A stretch of DNA of 62,515 nucleotides, the filler included, from Sphacelaria rigidula (Eukaryota): NCBI GenBank assembly GCA_964200075.2. It is 4 parts of 4 records of this genome, joined end to end, with 100 filler letters (N's around TTAATTAATTAA, not from the genome) between each part and the next. Parts side by side here need not be neighbours in the genome. Positions count along the whole stretch, not along the records: positions 1 to 15,559 come from CAXNAA020001699.1; positions 15,660 to 31,218 come from CAXNAA020001700.1; 2 more parts are not named here. One strand, given 5' to 3'. The translations under genes and the position numbers were made by a program. Within the stretch, counting starts at the first letter, position 1; each line of letters starts with the position of its first letter. Of this stretch, positions 11,716 through 23,889 are shown one piece after another. A model generated the notes under the pieces. That model worked only from the letters and a program-made list of their open reading frames with translations, searched no databases and was not told the origin of the DNA.

Positions 11716-14439
11716 ATGGTTACTCTTGGTACCAAGGCCTTGACGGTGCTGTGCGCCGCAGGCATGCTCTTCGTCACTGACGCGGCGAAGTGGCCGTACG
11801 GCGAGTACTTCGAGGGAGATGGCACCTACTACAATATGGACGACATTGGTGGAGGCAACTGTGCGATGCGCGACCTCGACTTGGACATGTACGACGACAT
11901 GATCCCTGTGGCTCTGAACGCCGAGCAATACGGGTCCTCTGAGATGTGCGGGGCCTGTATCAAGGGCGAGGCCTCCGGCGAAGGTTCCGGCAATACCAAA
12001 CTCCCCAAGAAATTCAAGGCGTACGTGATCGACAAGTGTCCCGAGTGCGCCTATGGTGAGATGTCAATTCCATCGGCAGTCGTGCTGCTGTGTCGTGTTG
12101 TGAAGGGCTTGAGGTATGTTTACCTGTAGATGAAAGGTAATTTAGCAGTGGCCAGTATGCAGGGCGCATGTAGCGTCGTCGTTATTACATCGTTCTAAAC
12201 AAAACACACGTCTAGTTGTTGCTATTGCTGATATTATCGAAGACAAAACGGCTCACACGGCGAAGAATTATCTTTCCGACAGATTTGAAGACGTGTACGT
12301 TTTTCTCCCCTTGCTCTCGCATGGTTTCCGTGGTTTATGGACTGCGGTGGTTGCGCACTCATTAGTGATTTCGACGCACAAACGCAGACAGCTTCGTGAC
12401 GACTTTGCCTTGAGCCGCTTCCGCTGCGATCACTACATGTTTTTTCGTCTCTCGCGGAGAAAGACCATCTTGTGCGTCTGCCTGAGGTGTGTTTTATCTC
12501 TACCCATCTAGTGTCGACTTCCCGAACGACGATCTTGTAACCTTTGTCAAAATTCAAAAACCAACGACGACATTGAGGTCGCGTTGAAGACAATTTAAAG
12601 CTTGGTATTCCGAAGAGACGAGAGCAGTAAAAATACCGCCGAGTCTCACGCTACATACTACTGATAAGCGACGGGCAACCTGATGCTCTCAGCAACGACC
12701 GAAGCGTTGGATATTGGCACCAAAGCGTCCCATAATCAGTGCTTGAGACGTCCCTGAAGACATGTCATAATTACTCACCGCGCACATATATCCACATGAA
12801 CGCGCATACACGTCATACACACGGACAAAGCGCTCGCCACGGGAAGCAGTGACAGCACTCCGCGGCTGGATTATTATTACTACTCATTTTTTACTTTCTT
12901 TGTCGCCCTTTGAACCCCGCTTCTTCCTTCGGACGTGTCCATGGTCTCGAGGGATCAACCCATCTCTCCCCTGTACACGCCTTGCAAGTTGGTCTCGCGG
13001 AGTGGGTCAGCACTCCCGCGCCGCGTCAAGTCACGTTAAAAAAACTGAGCCGACTACTTTATTTACTCACGTACTCACGCTTTCCACGATGGAAAATAGA
13101 CGCCACGAAGAAAAACCCAGCGCATCGGGAATCGAGCCCTCGTTCTCTACACCCTTATGGCGACAGCCGGACCATTACACCACCGGGGCTCGGCGGCGAT
13201 TGTACACGAAAGTTGCGGGATATTCGAAGGCTAAATCGTGTAGCGCGAGGGAATAAATCAAGGATATCGTGCATCAGGCAGGCAGTTATTCAGCGCCCAA
13301 TCAGCCATCTTCACATATCATGAGAACTAGCTCGTAAACCTCAATTTTATTCCCTTCGCGCTGCAGGAGACCTCGATTTCAGCATGGGGGGTGACGGAAG
13401 ATGGGACATCAGATGGAAGTTCATCAATTGTCCGAAGGGAGACAACAAGTTTGAACCAGAGTTCCTGTTTGAGGGGAGCAACGATTACTACTGGAAGATT
13501 CAACCTCGTGGCACGAGAACTCCGGTGAAGAAGCTTTGGGTCAACAACAAGAAGGCAGAGCGCACGCAGGACAACTTTTTCATCATACAGCCCCCGAGCG
13601 GCGAAAAGTACGACGGCAAAGAGAAAGTCAAGACGAAGACCATCAAGTGAGCATTAGATCTTCGGGGGAGGGAGGCGGGGCCGGAGTGAAACCGTATGCT
13701 TTAGGTTTGTGTGGATTATGATATGTTGCCTAAGAATCGTTTTGATACGCACTGTATACGCACAATGGTCCGTTATGCGCCCATGATGTGGTTTCCCGGC
13801 TAGGACTTGGGAAGGATTTGGGGCTGACCTCGGAGTGTCGCCATGGGTGCGTACCCACCCCCTTGCCACGTGTGATGACGATTTAAATTTGATTTAAATT
13901 TGATTGATTTGGTTGATTCGATTGTCGCACTTCGACTGATCCTGCAGGGATCCAGCCGTGGTCAGTTTCCACATGAAAGACGCACCCGAGACAAAACAAA
14001 CTGAAGCACTCGCTGATGAAAACTTGCCGAGACAAAATTGACCTTACCGTTGATGTGTTCGTTATCGATGGCTGACGTAAAATTTGTTGATATCGTCTGA
14101 GCTTTTACCCTGGTGTGATGTAGAAAAATATATGAAGATATATGAAGAGCGAGAGACAAGGGATTTGTTGCTGCCGGCTCTCCATTCGGACTCCATTCGG
14201 AGCGGTCACTGCTCCTCACCACCTCAGCGATTATATTACTTTCCTGTGAACAATAGCCTTTAACGTACGATATGTAACCTCTCGCATGCACGTCCCGCAC
14301 ATATTATTGTCATCCTCCTTCTTTACCGCGACAAAAAAAACAAACGGATCGTTGGCACTTTTTTTTGTCGTTTTGTTTTTCGCGTGAATCTTACGCCATC
14401 AGGAACCGAAAATACAAGACGAAGATCGCGCGCGATTAG
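11716..14439 (+). CDS. Secreted expansin-like protein (EXLX-type: DPBB domain plus CBM63-like domain), about 218 aa
   Basis: Exons 11716-12055 and 13367-13646, with a probable terminal exon 14403-14439 (if unspliced, the stop is at 13648-13650). Signal-peptide-like N-terminus MVTLGTKALTVLCAAGMLFVTDA. Domain 1 motifs: GDGTYY, GGNC, VALN..QY, CGACI, VIDKCPEC/GDLDFS. Domain 2 motifs: WKFINCP, EGSNDYYWKIQ, ERTQDNFF. Confidence 0.9.
12870..13195 (-). mobile_element. tRNA-derived SINE family A copy in expansin intron 1
   Basis: Reverse-complement match to 57893-58200, including the head (GGGCTCGATTCCC) and a short AAT tail. Confidence 0.72.
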
Positions 14440-15134
14440 GAGAAAAGGTGAGGGCAAATGGCAACACAAACGCTGCTGGCATATTTGGTGAATTTAGCAC
14501 GAACACCTAGAAGAGATCTCGACCTTAGTCGACCTCTGCTGGAATTAGGAAACGCCGTTCAATCCCTGCAAAAAAAGCTCGTTTTCCCGCTTCTATTAAG
14601 TCTCCAGTTCGTGTTGCCAGAGCTTGATTGATGGCGTGATCGCCGGTACTTGCAGTTCTCTTTGAGACACTCGTAGTACGTACCGTCGGTGAACTTGTGT
14701 ACGACCCCTATGATGATGAATTTTCGGAACCCAAAATGTCATAACGCGGAGGGGGCATCGAGGGGAGGGCAGGGGGGATGCTATGCTACGTGCCCCAGTA
14801 TGCCATGGTGAATGCCGGCATTGTGCAAAGACTTACCTGAACTCATCGTCTGGGGGGGGGGGGGGGGGAGTTACTCTTTTTTTGCTTACCTTAGTCGTTT
14901 GACCATTTACCCAGCATCCCTTTCGAGACCGCGCATCGTTTTGGGGNNNNNNNNNNTGTGGTTGTGGGGGGTATGGTGGTGGTGTTTGCGGGGTGGGTGG
15001 GTGGGGGGGGGGGGGGGGGTGTGGAGTTACTCATTTGTTGCTTACCTTAGTCGTTTGACCATTTACCAAGCATCCCTTTCGAGACGGAGCATCGTTTTGG
15101 AGGGGGGCTGTTCACAGGAATTGCTATACATACT

Positions 15135-15342
15135 CGGCTTAATGGTCGACGAGGGAAAGGGACTGCTGAACCCCTCTCGCGATAAAAAACAAAAGGCAAC
15201 CACCGCAGAATGAAGGTAGAGTACTAAAAACAAACAAAAAGGAAAAAAACGCTGTGTTGACCTTCCTCCTGTGTGACCTCGGCTGGTGCGCCCACATTAT
15301 ACCGAAATGTGTACAATGACGTCCAGAATAAAAGGGACGACA

Positions 15343-15395
<53 letters not shown>
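15135..15395 (+). mobile_element. Headless SINE family B copy ending in an expanded (CA)n microsatellite
   Basis: GGTCGACGAGGGAAAGGG...CCTTCCTCCTGTGTGACC matches family B, with (CA)n at about 15343-15395. Confidence 0.65.
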
Positions 15396-15396
<1 letters not shown>

Positions 15397-15559
15397 CGCA
15401 CCAGTGACGTACGTCATCCTCTACGATGCCTGGCGATTCCATCGTGGACTGCCGAGATAGCCCCCCCCAAAACCGGCCAAAAACGTGTACGGAGGCGATG
15501 ATCATGACTGCCGTTAAAGCTGGTTTCGTGCTGCACGACGCGCCAGATTTGGGGGGCAT

Positions 15560-15659
15560 NNNNNNNNNNNNNNNNNNNNNNNNNNNNNNNNNNNNNNNNN
15601 NNNTTAATTAATTAANNNNNNNNNNNNNNNNNNNNNNNNNNNNNNNNNNNNNNNNNNNN
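15560..15659. other. Artificial contig linker N44-TTAATTAATTAA-N44
   Basis: Exactly 100 nt, carries a stop codon in all six frames, and is identical to the other two linkers. Confidence 0.97.
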
Positions 15660-18600
15660 ATCGCATGCGCCAGATCACAAAGAAATACCATACTCCGACG
15701 CTAATTTACTGGTCAGCGCCCGACTCAACCGCATTTTACGTAGTTCCTTCAAAACAAATTCAGGCGCAGAAGAATGAATCTTGCGAACAAAATCCCACGT
15801 ACTTTCTTCAGCCCCGAACTCATCCCAATCAACCAAAACAGTGACCCCACCATTGTCATCCTCAGCGACATGTACCAAAGCATTCACCCGACATTCACCT
15901 TGAGCATACGAATGCTGAAATATATCTTTTAGTTCCGCAGTGATGTGCAACTGCGAGTCAGCATAGAAACGTAGACGAGCGACATTGGCCGAGTGCACGG
16001 CGCCAGAAACAATGTTCTGCACCGAATATACGTGAGCGCGATCGGCTCCGACTACTCGCCACGGACCTGTCCACGTGAACATCAACTTTGGCGTCACACC
16101 TTGCCTCCGAACACGGGCATACAAAACAAAATCGCCAGCTGCAAACTGGGGCAACATAGCCTGGCCCTGAGCAAGCTTGCGTTTGGTTTCGCAAGACACC
16201 GCGACAGCAGCTTGCACTTCGTTACAAAACCGCACTTGCTCGTCAACCACACCTCGAACCTTGTCACGCAACGAATCAGCATCCATGACATCGACGTTCC
16301 ATTGCCACCAGTCACAGAAGTCAGCGCGGGAAATGATGTACGCGGTGTACGCCCAAACATCACACAATACGGAGTGTTACGGTAGCGTTCACGAAAAGAA
16401 ATATTCAAAGCTCACTGAGCGGCTGGCAAAACAGCAACCCATTCAGACACCGGCCGTCGCTGTTCCGACTAGATAGACCGCAACGCACGAATAACCTCTT
16501 TTACCATGCGTTCACAAGCACCATTCGACCAAGGGGGGATATGCAACAGAAATCGGTGTTGCACCTTGAGCGCATCGCTCAGCTGTGCAATCACTCGGCT
16601 CTTGAAGTGCGCGGCGGTATCATAACTCAAACACGCGGCACCCCCAAAGTCTTGCACCAGTGGAGCAAGAGCTTAGCCGTAACCTCGGCAGTGCAAGCCT
16701 CGGTCGGCTCCAAGCAAACGAAAGACAAATCACCCATGATAACCAAAACGTACCGAAAACCATCCTCCTCAGGCAAACCATTAGCACCTTCAGGTTCGCT
16801 ACTTCCGACGTACAGAAAATCAAAGTGAACAACTTCACCTGGCACCGTACCATGCACAGTATCGCTAAACGGGCGAGGTACAATCTCACCACGAGTGTCT
16901 ACACAATGCAAACACTGGCGAACGAACTCGCGAACGTGGGAATCCATGTGAGGCCACATACAGTATTGTTTCAAACGAAACAGTCTCGGCGCCATACCAC
17001 GGTGACCAGCCGACCGCATATGAGCGCACACCATCAAGCGAGTTTGTAGAGCCTTATCATCCGACGGAATCCCCTTACACGCACGCGAAACAAACCATCG
17101 TCAGCCATAGTAGCTTGACCGAAAGTCGTGGTAAAGAATGAACACCGTCGCCGACTGTTGTGCGCTTCGCGGTACGAATGGCATCTAACGAGGGCAGCGA
17201 ATCATCGGCATCACACGGGCTGAACAAGGCAACAGAACGAACAGGCACAATAGGGACCTTCACCCAGCGAGGCAACAAATCTCCCCAACGATTGCGCTCT
17301 CCACGAACGTGTTCAATGGCATACCGATATTGGCCTGGTACTCCTTTCCAATTTTCAAGCCGTTGTGCCGTGGCCTTCGTCACCGATGTGACACACTCTT
17401 CGGGGTTAAAAATGTACTTAGATTGCGATGATCGGTGAAAATGCGAACACCACCCCAAAGCAAGTACTCTAACCTTCGAAATGTGTTGACTATTGCGAAA
17501 CCTTCTTTGTCCACTGTCGCCCACCGCAACTGTGAACCCTTGAAACTACCACTCAGAAGAGTCAACGGTTCGTGTGACATGTTTTTGAGTGCAGTGCCAC
17601 CACTAAACTCTGCGACTAGCACTTGCGTTAAGAAACTACCCCAGTGAAAATCCGAAGCATCTAGAAACATGAGAACAACGCACCCTGGACGATGATAATA
17701 CAGCGGCACCGCTTGCACCACCAAATCTTGCGTAGTACGCCATGCCCGCACACGATCCTCCGTCCAAGCGTCCTCCGGAATGGTACGATTACGCACCATC
17801 CGCTTGGTCCGACGCGAAACTCCGACCATGAGTTGTTCCAGAAATACTCGAAGCGGAGCAACTACTTCCGCCATGCGCGGGAGCGAAGTACGGCACTAAT
17901 TCACCGCCTGCAGAAACTGCACCAGCTCATGAGCGTTTTGAGGACGTCGCATATTGCTCTAGCCTTGAATACGGACGGGATCATGCGAAGTAGTACCCTT
18001 GGAGTACACCTTACCACACCAAATCAGTTCGCGGGCGAAAAAAGCATACTTATGCTCAGCGACGAACATACCAACATTCTTCAAGCGGCCAAGAACTTTG
18101 TCAAGCAAAGCTAACAGTGCTTCTTCGGTTTCAGCAAACTAGAAAACGTCATCCACCCACACTTTACAATCTAGATTTCGCAAAATTTCAGTTAGCACAC
18201 CTTGGAAATACGCCGTGGCGTTCAACACGCGCTGCGGGACACGAGTAGGCGTAAACAAACCGTCCAGCGTGACAATCGTGAAGATTTCCTGAGCCTCCGG
18301 CGCCAGAGGCATCTGCCAATACCCCTGTAGCAGGTCCAACTTGCCGAAGCATTGGGCTCCCAGCAACTCCCGCATGTCTTCTTGGCTTGACATTACCCCC
18401 GGAGACTGTTCCACTTGCGCGTTCATCGCCTGATAGTCGCTGACCAAACGGAATGTGTCCCTTTTCGGCACCGCCATCGCCGGACTCGCCCCCACAGCCC
18501 GGCTGTCCCTCAACACTAAACCAAACGCCACAAAGCTGCGATGCATGAGGCAAGCCAGCCGATCTTCACCGGATCGTACCGTCGAAGCTTGGCCTTCACC

Positions 18601-20631
18601 GCATTAGTCTGGAGCTTGAGCTGCACTGCCATGGGCTCTACGCGCGCTGGCGGACCACCACGCAGCACACGGCAAAATGTATCTACGCGACGAGCCAAAA
18701 TATCGTGCAGGCAATGTGCGCCATCGGCGCTCAGGCCCTTCTGCTCGGTCTGCCGCACACTATCCTCAAGCGCACGTTCTCGTGCGCCTCTCTCCTCTGC
18801 TGGGCCCATGAATATGTCCGGCTCCCGATCGACCAAGCGCTCTACCGCTTCATCAGCAGGAGCCTCCTCTTCATTGGCGCTCTGGAATGACCGTATGGAT
18901 ACAATCACACGTCTTGCAGCAAGGTAACTGGGGTTTTCCACGTCGGTTTGCACCGGCACAGCACGCGGACGTGACTTCTCCAACGCCAGCGGATACAGAT
19001 CAATCCCGAGCTCCTTCATCGTCGCTATCCCATATAGAACCACGTTGTCCCTACCGGGCATGACGGCGAAAGTAATGGGCTGCAACTCCACAGCCCCCCA
19101 CGGCGTACGCACGCTAACAGTAATCGGCACCGTTTTGTGTGTAACCGTCACGGGAGCACCCGTGGCGGTCTGCGCCGTTTGCGGTCCGTTTTTGAACGGA
19201 ATCTGAAGCTGAGCGCCGCCAAACTGCAAAGATATCTGTTTTAGCAACCCCACACCGATCGACGTGAGCGCGAAGCCAGAATCTAGAACAAGGCGGGCCA
19301 TGAACGAACCTACAGAACCAGGCAAGGATGAATCTGCGCGTAAGCATTCAGCCTTGCGATCGACAGGTACCACGCCTGCCGAAAAACCCTGTTCTGTCCC
19401 AAGAGTCACCTGACGCTAGGGCTGCCCTCCAGCACTTGGCATCGATAGCTGCAAATCGTCGGTCCAACCAGACCAACTCGCCGAATATGCAGATGGCACT
19501 GTTACAGCCGTCGCACCAGTAGGAATGCACCAGACACAGATCCTGCCTGGCCGAGGGGTTGCGAGCTATTCGCTCCAGCACTCCCCACCGAAGTATTTGC
19601 ATTTCCCACGTACACTGTCCGCCCCGCTACGGACGAACCATAAGATCCAGAGTCGCCACCTGATGACGGAGTGGAAGGAACAGCGGCGGAGGAACCACCA
19701 TCCGCCGCCGATTGCTTGCTACGGCGGCCGCCGCGCCCGCGTCCCTGATTGGCACGGCCCCGTCCACCGTGACGACCGCCCCGAGATCCTGATGAATCTC
19801 GCGCATTGCCCTGTGCAGAGCCTTGATCGCGAGGCTTGGGGCAGTCCTTGATCATATGTCCTGTGTCGCCGCAGCTGTAACACGCGCGAGTGGACGACGC
19901 TCGTGAAGACGGTTGCTGTTTCTGTTGCTGTTGCTGTTTGCGGCGCATGCCACCTGCACTTGTTGCAGAATCGCGCCGGCTATGTGCTTCAAAGAGCTTC
20001 CACTGGTCGGCCGCCTCAAATATCTTTTAAAACACCACCTTCGGGTTCTCTTTCCAGCCGTCAACATACGTTAGCGCACTTCTAACATACGCCTTGAATT
20101 CCGGGGGCGAAATCCCGCCCACCAAAGCTATGGAACCGACTCGGCCGGGCCTGGCAACCAACTCCTGTCCTCCGCACGGTACATGGCTTGAACCATCAGG
20201 TTTTCTGCAAAGACAACTTTTCATATCTGAGCTGACCATCATCGCACGGTCCTTGACGGATTCTCCCCCGCTTTGCTTCATCGTAAGTACTCTACGCAGG
20301 TTTGCTGCAGCCCGCACAGTGTCATGCTTTCCGCCGGTTGTAGTATACCCGGCATGCTGCTTCACAGCATCAAGCAGTTCATCGGGGGTCATAGCCTCAT
20401 GGTCCTTGTACATATGTCCGAACAACCGATGAATGTATGTAGGGATAAGTTGACCTATCTCAGCTTCTCATGTCTGACAACTCCTGTACTATTGGCTAAA
20501 ATCAGCCTCTCTAAATAGTCGAGATAAGCGGCATAAAACCTTCTTGGTGCCTCTTCCGTCCACACTTCGCCATACTTAGGCGGTTCTAGTGGCTCACCCA
20601 ACACCAACGGCGCTGCGGCCGCTTGAGCCAT
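15660..20631 (-). mobile_element. Degenerate Ty3/Gypsy LTR retrotransposon internal region (gag-PR-RT-RH-IN-chromodomain), cut by contig start
   Basis: Minus-strand frameshifted ORF pieces in Gypsy order: gag ATG near 20631, Zn knuckle CYSCGDTGHMIKDC, protease LVLDSGF, RT GKLDLLQGYWQ...VWVDD, RNase H FLDASD...DHRNL, integrase H..AGH...CLHC and GPWRV, chromodomain VLVDWDEFGAEESTWD ending at 15675. LTRs were not identified. Confidence 0.93.
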
Positions 20632-23600
20632 GTCGTCTATGCTTCAGACACTCACGGAGAGACTCTTGCCGGACTTGTGAGTCCTTCAGCTCACGGAGCG
20701 TCCCCCAGTGCTCTGCGCTTCAAGTTAGTCTCCTCCTGTCTGCGTGCTAAACTGGCTCTCAGCTGCAGCCTACTCTCTCCTCAGCCAAACTCCTCTAACA
20801 GAGTGCCAGAAAAATATCTAGATATTTTAGCGCCTGCCAGACGATCTGGACAAACGGACAGTCCACGAGGGACCCCTCCAGTAGCACTGATCTCGTGCTC
20901 GACAAGTCATTTCTTCTCACTTGTTATTATCACAGAGTGATCCCCAACAGACCACATCAAGAGCCAGACAGCAAGGGGCCACCTAGATGAGGGTAAATAA
21001 TTCAGGATCCCCTGTCCCCTGCGACTGCTCCAATCATGCATGCGATTATACTGAAACCTACGGCTTGGTATCATTCGGCGACAGTTTTCAGCTATTTTCA
21101 TCGTATGCAGATGTTAAACAAGAGGTGAGAATGTTAGGATTGGGGTAAGCAAGAAGGGTTGGTCCAAGTTATGTGTAGAGCTGGGATTAAATGGTGAGTA
21201 CAGTAGAACGATCGACGAAGACCATACTCCTGAAAACCTTCCCGTGGAGATGATGCTTTGGAAGTAAGGGGAGCGCCGAATCGAGTATGCACATACGCAT
21301 GATCTCGGCCAGTCGTAAACACAAACCTCCTCAGCACGCCAGTTCTTCAGCTTCCCAAATCAGCGGGATTGAGGCATATAGCTGTGTACTGCAAACCAAC
21401 CTGGTAATGCAAGGCTCCGGCGCTGGTCGACTGATGCAGTGTTGGCGATGACGTTATTGGTCTGCATTGAGTAACGGGTACGTCTCATATCGTGGCGTGA
21501 TGCTGTAGGGTGTTTGGGAGACGTTTCCTTTTATAAAACTCTACAGAATCACGATAGACAATTGCGCCGCACGGGCATACAACATCCCGATATGCATAGT
21601 TAAAAACGCATTGGCGATCCTGCGAAATGGCATCACGCTCGTGAGCAGCTCCTTCATGGGAGAGGACCTCCGAGCCGACTGCCACCTTTAGCAAGCACAT
21701 GGAAAAGTATTACTTGAAACTGTGCTGCAACCCCCCCAAATGCAAGACCGTCACCAAATGATCGAAACCCCTTGCATCTCGAGAGGGAGCACAAGCAGGG
21801 GCTCACGAGTGGAGGTTGAACTGGAAACCTCGGGCGGGGCTTAAAGTACAGCAATCACCTATTTCAACCGAAAGGCGATTGTTTGGTATAAAAAGTCAAC
21901 TCTACGATGGAAACCACGTGATACGGGAAGAAAAAGATGACAGATTATGCATTGAAGAGAAAGACTGCTCGATGATGAAGGGAAAAATTACCAGATTAGA
22001 GCCATGGATAAAAAATGGTCATGTCGGCTGTCGAGCTCGTGACCTGTGTATTTATTATTTTTCTCTTCGAAGGAAGGAGGAAAGGAAGCCCTCACGCAAC
22101 ACTTACCCCTCGAACGGGTTCACATGCCGATAACAAGGAGGCTCGGCTAGACCGCCTCAAGGCCATCATGTGGGGTAGGCGTCTCCAGCGTTCGGAAAGC
22201 TTTGCTCAAGGCAGTGAGTGTGGGGGGTCGAACCTGCTAAAACTTCCTGTCAACTCAACGCAGTGTACGCGGCGCCCAACACTTATTTGCTTCCACCCTA
22301 GGTGACGTGTGTGTAAATATAGGCTTCTGTATCACTTGAACAACCGAGACGCAGCAGTTTCACACAAATTTTAGGAGATTTTAGCCGAATTCGTTTTTAC
22401 CAGAATCTTCTCCGGACAAATAAACTATTAGTGGCCGGAGATACCGCCGTTTTTGCTCATTTTATGGAGTTATGTCATATTTTTAGTTTTTGCTGAAATT
22501 TCGGATCGCCCTAAATTTGTTTATTGTTGGTATCCCCAGAAATGGTGCGCGTGTCGATGATGAAAGTGCCGTGCCAAATTTTCAGCGCCTGATGCCTTAA
22601 AGTAAGTCCCCATATCACGTCTTTACCGAAAACAAAACTGGTGACTGGCCCAGGTTGTACGCATTCATTCGAACACGCGTGCACACAGAGTACAACCGCA
22701 GGCGTACGTCATCATCTGGGCCTGGACAATACCGCACGAGTACTGTCGCGTCATAATTCGCCCCCCTCTAGATCGAGCGGCTCACGCTGGCTAACTCAGA
22801 TCCGATCGGATTCTGAGAAATGGGTCACCATGAAAAATGAGTTTCAACTCCAAAACAGTGTTTTCTCTGACCTAAGATCATGGCAAATGCCTTGTATACG
22901 GACGACCTCATCCCCGTTGATCTGCCCAAAACTATTCAGGGGTTTTCCCGTCTGCCGTTCCCCCAGAGGGTACGTGCGAAAGCACAATTTTTGGGCTAAA
23001 AAGCGCGCCTTTTTTCACCCCGAAATCGAGGCAAAAATGTGTTTCGCACATAGCCTTTGAGGAACCAGAAGGCTGAAAACCCCCAAAAGTAGTTTTAGGG
23101 AAGTCGGGGGAGATAAGATCGTGACTTTAGTGCAACGAAATCACTGTTTCAGAGTCGAGCCTCATTTTCATGTTCCACGCCATTTCTCAGGATTCCCGAT
23201 TTACAACAAGGGTTCGATTCGGATGCGTTTTCAACAAGTTTAACAGAGGTACTTTATCGGTAAACGCCCTTCCGAGATATATCAGATCGCTGGAAACAGG
23301 GCTCGATACCCTGCAGAACCATACTGGGGTGTTCGATACACATTTCGGTATGGTTTAGTAACCCAGCCAAGAATTCCCCACTTTCGGGTATACCCTATAT
23401 TGTAAAACATAACCTTGGTATTTTCTAGTGAGCGGGGCTGGGCATCTCTCTAAGGCTGTGACTAGTAGTTTTGGCTGACCCGATGGAAGCAAGAAAAGGC
23501 GAGGACGAAAAAAGGGAAAGTACATCATAATCTGTCTTTTCATCCGCTGCATCTACTCTCCCGACCCATCGCTGTCGCACTCGTGTGTACAAAAAGGGTA

Positions 23601-23889
23601 TTGCACCGTACTTGGTGTGCATCATTTTGGAACGGAAGTGGGCTCTTTTCGATCATGAACACACTCGTGTTTTTTACCTTACGTGCTTTTCTACCATGCA
23701 CACACGTTTTCCTCACCTTCCGTACGCCTACCTTGATACAAATACTGGATTTCAAGGGGATCATACCATGGTTGACAATCAGTCCAACGATCGACTGGGT
23801 GGTATACATACGGTGCTGCCGCAACGGCGGAAGCTAGATGTTTGTGCTGTTGGACAAGCCAATGCTGCGTAGATATACCGTTGGCATAC

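Noticed and set aside
21066-21075. TGGTATCA resembling a tRNA-iMet primer-binding site near the Gypsy element
   Set aside because: It is on the wrong strand for a minus-strand element, and no adjoining LTR end was found.
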